Shown here piece after piece: positions 50,201 to 62,200 of a stretch of DNA of 64,000 nucleotides. Position 1 is the stretch's first letter; each line of letters opens with the position of its first letter. Under the pieces are notes generated by a model. It was not told the DNA's origin, searched no databases, and worked only from the letters and a program-made list of their open reading frames with translations. This stretch comes from Phoronis australis (Eukaryota; Animalia; Phoronida), in the NCBI GenBank assembly GCA_002633005.1, contig NMRA01000237.1, positions 62,001 through 126,000 on the forward strand, written 5' to 3'. The translations under genes and the position numbers were made by a program.

Positions 50201-53200
50201 TAGTGGGCATAGGCAACGCTGTGAAATCGGAATGTTTCTGAACTAACTCCGGATAATATCTGCTGTGATGGTGCATCAATACACAAAACACAAAAAAAAT
50301 ATTTCTCAGATTAAAGTTTTTTATTTCTTGCCACGTGAATCGAATTCGTCAATTTTAGGATGTATCACATCTTATCACATGGTCTGAACTCAGATTTGAA
50401 ACTTCACCAATCATGCGGCATTCTTCGAGAACAAATTTGTAAGGTTACTCTGAGCATGCTACACCATTGGTCCAGTACAGAGTCCTGATATTTTATTAAC
50501 GTACTGTTGTCAAGTGTACAGTTGAACAAGTATGATTATTTTAATTTTACTTACACCCAAAATGCCGCAATTCTTTTGAATGTAAAAGAATTTTTGTTTC
50601 TCCGAGCTTGTTGTGAAATAGTTGTTCACGGTACTTTTATGTCCTTTCACTAATTTGCTTTTGCCTTGTAACACGCCTGTTACTAACTGTTCTCAGACCG
50701 TAGACTGGGCTATGCGGAAAGAGGACGAGTTTTTCCCAGCGATCGCTGGTGAACTGGGCACTACACTAGAGAGCACGCTTGAATGTCAACACCGCGTAGA
50801 TGAGTTCGAGCCAGTGTGCAAGGTAATACCTGTGTGTGTGTTTGTGTGGTTGTGACCTCTGACCCTAGATGTGTGGTGCATACTGGGAGATAAAGGTTTG
50901 TGGAGATGAAAGTTCGGTAGTTCAGCGACCGTTTGACATTTCGAATTTAATAGGATTTTAATAGTGTAATAACTCTATTGAAAGAAGTGATGGTTTTAAA
51001 AATGAATATGGAACTGTCCAAATCTTTCACATCAACAAACTTGTTTCTCCCAGAATGCACCTGGATTTACTAGAATGTTTAAAATATCTGCTGCTCTCTT
51101 GTGACGCAGACAATAGACTGGGTTATGAAAACGGAGAAGGAAATGTTTGCCCCATACATCGCCGGAGATTTAGGTAAAAGTCTCGAGGCTACTGAGAGGA
51201 TGCAAGCTAAAATGCAGGAGTTTATGCCAAAGTCGCAGGTATGGTGGACATATAGGTGGTATGTTATGAATGATATCATGAGCACTGTTAGTAGTACTAC
51301 TTTTATCTAGTTTTGTAGATTTAAACCATTTTTAGTTTTCATTGATTCAATTTTAATGTTTTAGATGTCATGAGATTTCATGAGTCTTTGAAGTTGTATG
51401 TTTTTGACTGTAGCATCATTATTGTTATGGTTAAACAAATATAAGCAACTCATTATGGGATTTTATTTTGGAAAATTGGGATTAAAACAGTTCTGTCTAG
51501 TTATCAAATATTGTCATGTATGTTACTTTATATTTTCACGGTGCAAGTATTTTTTTGTCTGTACAAAAACGAAAATTGTTACGCCATTTTGCTAGAACAA
51601 TTCAGCTATTTCATATCAAGGCAAGTTTAATAGCATGAAATGAACTTCATGACAATTCAAAAGTTTTTAGTTTTGTGGTCCCATGATTTTTCGCCAAGTC
51701 TGCTATGCCGCATCATTTTCCGTGTCTTCCTCAGGAGGTCCAGCAGCGCATAGAGCGCCACCTACAGGAAGCCGAGGAACTCGGCAACCAGGGGGATACT
51801 ATGGGCCAAAAGGAACGCATTATTAACGAATTGGTACGCGTGCGCACCCGCTTCCAGGCACGCATGACGGAATACCAGGTGCTATTGAATATGACGGTGC
51901 AGTTCTACAAGAACTTAAAACAGGTGAGTTTAAATGTCTTATGAAATAAGACACTGTTACAGAATGGGAATGGGTTTGGCTAAATCATATAGAATTAAAT
52001 TCCATTTTATCAAAATAAAGTTCAAAATAATAGTGTTAGCTTTGCTGAGTCTTATCCAATAAGGGAACCACAGAAAACAATTTATTAAACTTGGAGCACA
52101 TTGTAAATTAAGTGATTATTCACCTGCAACAGGTCAGTTGTAAACAGTCTTGGAATTTATGTTGTCAAATTTGCACAGAATTTTTTATTGGTGTTAAAAC
52201 ATTTTCAAATTTCTGCACAGAAATGTTAATTATGGGTAAAGTGTGTACTGAAACTAAGTCATTCTAAGCATTTCTTGTTCTGTACAGCTGTCGTGAAATA
52301 ACAGTTGACCAGAATAAAATTATTTGTAGTGAAGAAATGTTGTTACCATTTGAAAAAAGGGAAAACAGTAGTTTTGTCCTTATGTTTGTGTGAAATAAGG
52401 ATTATTCTGGTGCTATTGTAGTTGGATGAGGTCATTGCTAGAACAGAGGTTGAATACCAGCGTGCTGAAATGCCGTCTGAGCTGGAGCGAGCGGAACAAC
52501 TACTGAAGGATCACTTGGATACCAAACAACAGGTGGAACAATTGATCGACAACTCATGGAGAGAAGGCGAGCAGATCGTGGTCAGAGTTCGTCAACAGGT
52601 AAATGGTTTGTCAGGTTGCAAGAGCGGTTACGATAAAAATTTTCCAGTTTGCCGCTTGCTGGGTTTTGTCCCGTAAAGCTCATGCGATTACGTGTTTGGC
52701 TTGTTGTGCTAGGCAAGATCTTGCGAAGTCTTGCATGATGTAACGTTTTTTTTATGTCCTTGTGTCTATGGAACTCAGGTCTGGACACTCATCCTGTGTC
52801 TATACTCATGCTACTGGTTTTCATTCCAGTCGACTTATTTGCTGTTTTGTATTGATTTTGCTTTAGGAGTAATAGTAAGCATTACAATATATCATTCACA
52901 ACAGATAGCATGAACTCGTTAATTAATCAAAACCACATTCTCTGCAGGAAGTAACTCATGAAAATTTGACACAAACGTTTGGAAATAATTGAGATTTTTT
53001 TTGAAAACTTTTTGTGTAAAATATATTGCCACACTCGCAAAAAAATATTTATTGGCTGCTTTGCTACCAGGACTCTGAAGAAGCAGCGAAAGAGGAAGTT
53101 CAAAAGGTGCTAGAGATGACAGATGACCGACGTAAACAGTGGGAGAAAACGTGGGATGAACAGAGAAAACGGCTGGAGCAGAATGTCAGTCTGTGTCAGT

Positions 53201-56200
53201 TTAAACACGAGCTGAGGCAGGTATGTGCAGTGTCATTGAGTTGGGGCAAATTTGTTGCCACGTGTGACATTTCCTAAATGTCCATTTATGTGTCAGTTTA
53301 AACACGAGCTGAAGCAGTTAGTGCAGTGTCATTGAGTTGGGACAAATTTGTTGTCACGCGAGACATTTCGTAATTGTCCACTTGTTTCACTTATGGCATG
53401 ACTTGGAGCAAGTTCGTCCAGTGTCAATGACGGACAGTTGTTGTCATGCAATACTTCTGAAACCAACATCTCATTTTTAGTTGTTTTAAACATGAACTGA
53501 GGTGAGATGTGCACTGTCAGTGATTAAGACAATTTTTGTCACGTGTTCTGTTTTATAGTAATGTCCAGTATTTTATATGTTAACAGTTGTTGAAACAAAT
53601 AGACGTTCAGACTCGGTTTATACGTGGTCGCAAGGTAAATGGGACGCTTACGTGTGATAACTTTATGTACTTAAACATGAACGTAACTATAAATATGACT
53701 TAACCATTAACGTAGTTATCGTCAACCTATATACAGGGAGGATGTAAAGTCTAAGAATTTCAGTTACTTGAATATTAAATAAATAAATGCTTATTGATTC
53801 GTCTGCGAATACCTTAGTATGTACACTTTTTACTCAAATAAATGTCATGGTTATAATTATAATGCTTGTGGACGTTTCTTTAAACATTCTGTGACGAGTG
53901 AATAACTGAACAATATAACAACGCTAATCTCTAATTTGTAAAAGTCATACGATGGCTATGTTAATTTAGTTAATTCACTTGAAGTATATAACTTATTCTG
54001 TGACATATGCCTTAACTAGCATAGCTTAAACATTACCTAGAGACCATAGGTAGTGTCATTAGTAATTATATGAGATTTAATTTGCAATGGATTACTAAAT
54101 GAGTTTTTTTCCTAAATCTTGGAATGATCATAGTAACTGACCACCTGAAAATGGATTCAGGAATATTTGCCACTGTCGTACATGGAAAAGAAAAAAAACT
54201 CAAAATTTCTTGAATTTGGATAACACATCTATTCTGCTGTTCAGTTTAAATGCAAGTGCAGGGCACTCGAAATTCTTCCGGTATGACAAATGAAGCAAGG
54301 GACCTTCCTGTAGAAATGCCGGCGTTCAGGTAAATCACGCAGGTCCCTTGTCCCACAGATGCCCCCATGTTGATGAGCTAATTTCTGTGCTCAATCTGTT
54401 TAGATATCAAAAACTGTGCCTTCTTAAACTGCCCCTGGAAAATGGACTTGTCCATTTTTATGGGTTACACATTTGTTGGTTACCAATGAAGGCAAAAAGG
54501 AACTCCACACTTTCTAGTTGATCATGTCTTCTCGTCAATGCCACCTGGTGTTCATTTCAAATCTCCTACTGAGTGTGAACCATCTTTTTGGATGCTGACT
54601 ATTTGTTATTTTTGTAGATGAACTACCAGATGGATGAGTTGAATCGTCAGCTGGAGGCCAAGAAGGGTAACTATGGCAACTCGCTATCAGCGGCCATGTT
54701 GACAGACCAGGCGTACAAGCAGTTTGAACTAACCATACAGGTTAGTTGGGTTTCGGTACACTTATAAAATCCAGTTTAACTGTCTTGTTAGAAACTTGAT
54801 CGGTTTCACGATACCTTGCACTTCGTGAATAGATTTTTACAAGAAGTGTAAGTGCCACCAAATCTAGAAATCACAAACATCTAAATTTCATTTGTGTGGA
54901 ACAGAGCAAGTACCACATTAGAGATGACCTCATGGTATCAAAATGTGGCTGAAACAACTGTTTGAAGACTTTGAAGGATGGTAGACAATGACGTGAGAGT
55001 CACGATGCAAGTTTTGGTGCCTGATAAGGATCTGGAGAAACGCAGCTTCACAATGGACTAGACTGATATCTGGATTTGAAAAGTATTGTCAATACTATTG
55101 CTGGAGTTGGCACTGACCATAACTTTGCCACATTTGGTTCTGAATCGCGTTAGAAAGGTTGGTTAAACTAATTTTTCAGCTACATTCACACAGCTATTAG
55201 CCAAACTGTCGCCCTCTCGTCTACAGGTCCTTGACACTAAACTTCAGAGATTCCTCAGTACGGCAGATATCTTGATCAAGAACAAACATTTTGACACTGT
55301 CAATATTCGGCTGGAGATGGACGCTCTGCAGAGAAAATGGACGACCTTCCACACCAGTGTCCAGGACTACCGCGACAAGTTGGGTCTCTCCGTGGAGTTC
55401 TTCGAAGTTGTCGAAGAGGTGAGTCTGCTATGAACTTGGCTTCTTAATGTGTACTGAGGGAAAGAAAAAGGCAAGGCCTTTGATGTTTCATTGCCTACAT
55501 TCATGGTATGCCTACTTGGCGTATTTATTTCAACTTTGCAAAGTCTGGTTAAAGCCTACGTTGAATGGAGTTTTGTTATTTTAGATGTGTTGGGCAAACC
55601 AGACAGTCCTAGCAAAGCCTTAGCAAACTATCACTTAAATGTAGGCCCCTCAAATGATAGGAGCAGTTGCCTCTTCATGCCGTGTTGCGCCTCCTCGAGA
55701 ATCCAGCACAAATAACAAAAGGCTGAAAGCAATTCTACTGAATAGGGGTCTGAATAGAACACAACTGAATGTTGTTTGCAGTTGTTTTAATTAAGAGTAA
55801 CTGATTCTGGCCAATATGCCTAATAGCTCATTACAGTTAACAATTTATTGATTCTTGAACTCAGAGCGATGCTCTTAAAGTGGAACTTGCAGGCTATTTC
55901 CTTATCTCTGTGATTGATTGGCCTAACTTATTAGAAGCGCGGTATATAGCGATGATGTCAATATGAAATAGGTTGAAAATTGCCAAATAATTGTAAGAGT
56001 TTTGCCGCTAAAATGATCCAGTGCAAATCACTGAACTGTGTCCTGTAAGTATCATGACCTGGTGCTGAGGAATAACACTGCATGGTGCAGGGTATGTGAG
56101 CCTGCGAGGTACGTCATTATTGCAGTATTTTTTGTTTTTACATTTACAAGTTGTCAATTGATACAACTGCACTTTGTTTAGCGTAGATTATGTTTAAATA

Positions 56201-59200
56201 GCATTGTTGTTTAGTTCCTGCTATACATCAGCATTGTTAGGAGCGTGCAAATACATCTTTGACATAATGTAGGAATGAAATTTAGAGGTGTTAACAGTTC
56301 AAGATGGGCTTTAAAGTTCTAGTGTAGCCCCTTTAATCAGACATAGCTGACATACCTCTTAGTGCTCGATAATGACTGTTTGGATTATGTGTTGGTGTTG
56401 TGTTTACACCATGGTAACTAAACACAATGCATGAAAAATGATTTTGCTACGGACACAGTTTTTTTCTCATAACTTGGTTTATTTCCTTTCTGATGCACCT
56501 CGGTTCTTTTCCTTGAAACACATTTACTGTGAACAGCTTTCTTTTCTAACCAACAGTTTTTGGTGAAAAATGCTGGTTAGCAAGACGTACAGTGCTCTTT
56601 GGAAGGAAGAGAGATTATCCTAAATACAACCTCGCCGTGGTCATTGAAACTCCCCCTGTTGATTATGGTGTTCTAATGTTCTTTCTCTGTCCACTAGACG
56701 GAGCACTGGGTGAAGGAAGCCAATCAGATGTTAGTCACATTCAATCGTCAAGGTGCTGAGTGTCACAGTCCTGAGCAAGTGTCCCACCTTATGTCGGCTA
56801 TGTCTAACTTTGTGGACCAGGGCCGTCTACCCCAACAGGAGAGGTTAGAGAAGGTGACCAGGTTGGCGGAAAGGTTGTACGGTAAGGCTTCCTGCAATTG
56901 GTACACGTATTAATTCTCCACTTACTTTGCATAAAAATAATGCGCAAATTGTCATCTTCCCATTTTTCAAAGGTTAATCACTTTGCAGTGAGAAAAGTAA
57001 ACTGTAATTACCAAATGATATGTGATGACGTCTAGGCAGTAGATGTGCTAGTTATAGACAAAAAGTTTGTAAAACTTTATTGTTATCGAGAAATTTGACA
57101 AATTAGAATTTCACTTGTCAGCCATGTTGTTCGTTAAATAAGTAAAGAATTGCCATATATTGAACCTTGGTTCATTTGCGGATGTATTGCAATGTATTTG
57201 CCAATTTAGTAGAGATTTTTGCCACCTTTTCCAAGGTAGCCAGTGCCCATTTGTACTGAGGTTTTCCAAAAAAAGAAAGAGATCAGTCACTCTTGTGTAA
57301 TTTGTTTGGTACATTCTTCCTGCTATGTACGCACTTGGAGACATCCTGGTTTAAACATTAAATAGTTTTGTTTCTAGTGAATTTCCTAAAGGGACACTAT
57401 TGTATTTTATGGCCAAAAAACTCATTTCGGGATTATTTATTGTTGAATGGGATAGACTCCTTGAAGTCATTAGCTTTGATCAGAGCTATACAAGACAACA
57501 AAATCTGTTGTGTTTTTGTGATTTTATAAGAGATCATTAATAATCACTGTTGTCTGCCAGACATTCACTGCAATCAAGGCTGGTGGCTCCACCTGTGAAA
57601 TATGGTTCAAATACTCTAGCATTTAACAAGTGGGATTTAGCTCCGCCAGCAGAGTGTTTGGCTGCGACTGCGGGGGCTCCAGGTTGGATTCTGTGCTGAG
57701 ACTAATCTCGGGAAATCAGTTTGCTGGCTGGTAGTGTCCCTTTTGTAATGTTCCATGCGATTCTTTTACATCATGTGATTTGCTCTGTGTCACCTGCAGG
57801 TCCCCAGGGTCGCCAACGTATAGAGCCCCTGTTGGCCAAGAACAGAGACGTGATAGAGTTATTTGACAGAGCTAACAAGGACATGACCATACTGAAGGCA
57901 AATCTGCAAGGACCTCCGGTATAGCTATTTTATGTGTTCCTGTTGTAAACAGTCTACCACATGAGTGATCAAAAAAGAAAATGGCAAAATTTCTTCCTTG
58001 ATCAAGTCTTTTTAGTAAAATTTAAGTAGAAGGTATGGTACAGTCATAGCAAAACAACAGTGTCAGTAGGTTGTCTTTTATTTTATATAAGTGTTAAATA
58101 TGAGATCTCGAAATGCTGTTACCTTTATGGAAAACAGCACATAAAGCATGATAACTGAACGTTTCACGTGAATTGGATCAGTCATTTCTGAGATATGTTC
58201 CGAAGTTGGCCAAATTTGGACATATGTCTATGATCCTGCTAAACCTCAAAAAATTTGATCTTTTTTGTCAGGGAAGATTTTCTGATTTGCTTTGTTTCAT
58301 TTGCTCTGCTTCTATTTTCTCTGTAGGAGGTTGTCGACGGCGTGGATGTTGTGATGCGTGAGGCACCGTCCTTTGCCACCAATCAGGTGCTGGAACACAT
58401 GCACGTGACCCATCATATGAGGGTCACGGAGACGACGACGACGCGAACTTCCACCGAACCTTTTGCAGTATCCATTGTCCCCATTGTTGAAATTCAGCCT
58501 CCTAGATTTACCAAGCACCTTAAGAACACCGACATTTTCGAAGGCGAGAGGTTAGCAGGAAAACAATCAATTTATTCGAAAAGTTGCTTTATTGAAGTTA
58601 TGATATTGTACAATCAGTTGCAATTGGAAAGAAGGTATGAATTGAGACATACAACTTTAATTAAAAGTTTTTCATTGTGAAGCAAAAAAAGTATTTATTA
58701 TCAATTTGTTCTTATTGTGTGTTTGTACATGATGTTTCTAGAGATTTTAAATCTGTACTATCGACTAAATTGAACCAGTTATTATCAAAAATTAAAAAGG
58801 GAGGTCTCAGAAACATTTGCTTAATATTCACTTCTTGAAACTGAGCCTACTATCTATCATAAAGTCAATTGTTACTCTGTATGCAAAGTGTGTGAATGTC
58901 TGATGGTGCTTCCTTTAAGAATCAACATTGCAAACTCTCTGTTTATGTCAATTTCTTATTTCTGAATTGTATGCTTTTCCTTCTGTGCTAGCTGGAACCT
59001 GAGTATCTTGTAACTGAGCGCCATGCTTTGCTGTAACTGAAAATAAAGAATAAATCTTTTGAGACATGCATAAGATATGTAGCATCGCTTAATTTTTAGT
59101 TTGTACAAACAAATTTATTCACCTCAAAAATACTAGAGAAAATCCGCTGACATTCTGAATTTTTTTAACTTGCAGGTTTGTTTTCGAGTGTCGCGTCGAC

Positions 59201-62200
59201 AGTCCTCATAGCCAACCCAAGATAGAATGGTTCAAAGATGGCCTGGCCGTGCAGAGTCCAGATTACGAGCAGAAATTCTTTAACGGATTTGCCACACTCA
59301 CCATTGACGAGACGTTTTCTGAGGACACCGCTCGCTACACGTGTCGCGCGACCAATGAAGCGGGAACTGATGAAACCTCGGCAGAACTTAGAGTCATTGG
59401 TGAGTGGTAATTTTCCCCCTTCATTATTGCTTTGTACTGTGTGTGGTGTTCATGTTGACTAAGGAGATGTGGTCCTTTTGTTTCGCACAAAAACACGTTT
59501 AGCACTGTGTTATACACAGCACTTAACAAAATCACATTTGTGTGCTCGAATCCTTGCCATTCTGTGTAATTTTATTTTGGAAATTTTGATGTATAAAATA
59601 TAGTTTCATGAATTTTCCTGTCAATTGAGAATCTAAAGCCACTAGCACCAGCTGGTACCGTAACTCTGTTTAGTATTGGGACACATTACCAGTTCTCATT
59701 CAGCTGATGGCCATAATGGTTGTACTGATTAAAAAGACCTGGTGCAAGCTTCAGTCTTCTGCAGTAACAACTCATCAGTTTTTCCTGAGCTCAGAAATAA
59801 TGACTTTGTTTTTCAACAAAACACGAGTTTGACAGGAGAATCGGGGCTTAATGATTTGATGTCTTTGAGTGTTTGACTGACTTTCTTCATTCTGTCTTTT
59901 CTCAACTCTGATCCTTGGCTTCTTAACGCTAACCTCACCAGCATTTCAACGTCACTTTCTTGCAGAAACACGCCACAAAATAATCCCGCCCGATTTCACA
60001 AAGAACCTCCGCACCATGGAGCTGAATGAAGGCGTGCCCGTCGCACTCGAGTGTCACGTGACCGGCACGCCAACGCCCTCTATTTCTTGGTACAAGGACA
60101 ACTCCAACATAGACAACTCGCCCGACTACATTATCACAAAAATCAACGGCACGTGCTGCTTGAAAATTCGCAAGCTTCTCAAAGAGTACGAGGCGCGTTA
60201 CACATGTCGAGCCTCTAATGCCGGTGGCGAGGCTGCGTCAAGTTGTCGACTCTCTGTCATCTGTAAGCACTGCTTTTGTCTATGCATGCTTTCTGCACCT
60301 CAGAATATTTCTAGCTACACCCGCTTAGCTGTAAATGGAATTTTACATTCTTGATTTTATCGAAGGATGTCGGTAAAGTGTCGACCCAATGACGTATGTT
60401 CCAGAAATTAACGGATTATTGTAATTTGGCTTGGCAGTTTCAGGAAACAATCATCTATGAAAATAATACTTCCAGTTGCTTAATAAATTATTTCTGAATT
60501 TTAATTTGCATATCATGAAGAAATCTATAAATCTTGTCTGTGCCCAAGACTCATTTACAAACTCAAACTAGACTGAAACTTACGACTTGACCAGTCACAC
60601 TGTCATTTACTTGTAAGTTTACTCGAAGCATGCCATGCCCATGGTCAGGTTTCACGTTGAGTATTCTGCACAGATGTTAAACTGTAGAACCCAAGCCCTG
60701 GTGTTTTGTTGGCAGTTCGGCTCCAGAGCATAGATGCATTGTCTGCTCTTTCAATTGGGTGACGAGTAGTCGTACCACTTTGTTCACAAGAGGTCACTAA
60801 GCGTAATTCTGATCTGAAGCCGTGTTGAGGGCATACGTGAAATACCACTTGTGAGAATGCTGACTATTGCTGTGGTCTTCTCTGAAGTGGTTTTGTCTTT
60901 GAATGTTACGTGGTGCCTGATCTGATCTTGCATTCAACGTAAAACGTGCCAAGGAGGTTGTATTACAAGATATCAAACCAGGTTATTTTTCAACAGGATT
61001 GTATGCAATATGTTTATTGCCATACACTATTTGTTGTTAAAAATCTAAAAATCTCCTAATTTAGTGTATTCTATTCAGTTCTGAGCATTCATAATTGCTG
61101 TGAAAAGTGAAAGGAATTCGATTTTTAATTAAGGAAGCTGATTGTTCTTAGTTCTTTTTATTCACCAAATATCCTCATATGTTTCAGAAGTCCAGACTTT
61201 TAGGAATGATGACTAATTTCTGTATCTGAATTTCAAGGCAATTTTACCAAATGAATGTAATGATATTATTCTCACTGTTCTGTATGTTTTATTGTTAAAA
61301 ACTCTTAAATCTGCTTGTACATTTCACTGACATGGTTTGATTAAAACGGTAGCTTATATACTCTGAAACTGCCGCAATTGACTGATACATAATACCATTT
61401 GGTAATTGGGCATCATTGGACAACTACAAAGTCTCAGTCAATATTGTGTTATATATATACCCTGCATTCAGTCATTCACTTTCTCTATTGACAAAAAGAT
61501 TTTGTACATAGCTTGTTTAAGATCACCTAGGTGTGTTTGCATTGAGGATTAGACTGACTTCATATATCTGTGTCATATTTACCTTGGGCTTGGGAAGTAG
61601 AGCAAGGTGTTTCATTGAGGCATGTTACCTGTTCTGTGGTGGCTGACATATTTATCCCCGTTCTGCCTCAATTGCTTAAGTTAAGTTTTATCATGAGAAC
61701 ATTGGATAAGTTTGTGGGTTACCTTGGTAGCTGGTAATTGGCAGTGCACAATCAAATCGCTGATATGGGATATTAGTAACAGCATTGCCTATGCAGCCAT
61801 TGTCGCCACACTCCTGTTGGTGACAAGGTGAAAATGGGTGTCGCCACCTCCTGTTGTTCATGTTGTTCATGTGCGGTCGTTCTGCGTTTCTAGCCGGCAA
61901 GAAACCCGTCTTCACCGAGCCCCTGAAGGACGTGACAGTCCGCGAGGGGAAGCCCGTCGAGCTGAAATGTGCCTACTCTGGATCGCCAGCCCCCACTATA
62001 GCATGGCTACGTGGGACTCAACCCATTGTGCAGTCCAGCGTATTCAAGGTTTGTGTCCTGCTAGTAATTGTTGGTGTTTGGCAAGGACTGGATTTATTTA
62101 TTAACAAGCTTTTTGCTCGTTTGTGGTTAGCTTTGGAGGCTTATTGATGTTGGGGCATATTGATGTTAAACGTTTGAACTGTGTGGTGCTGAATTTCGGG

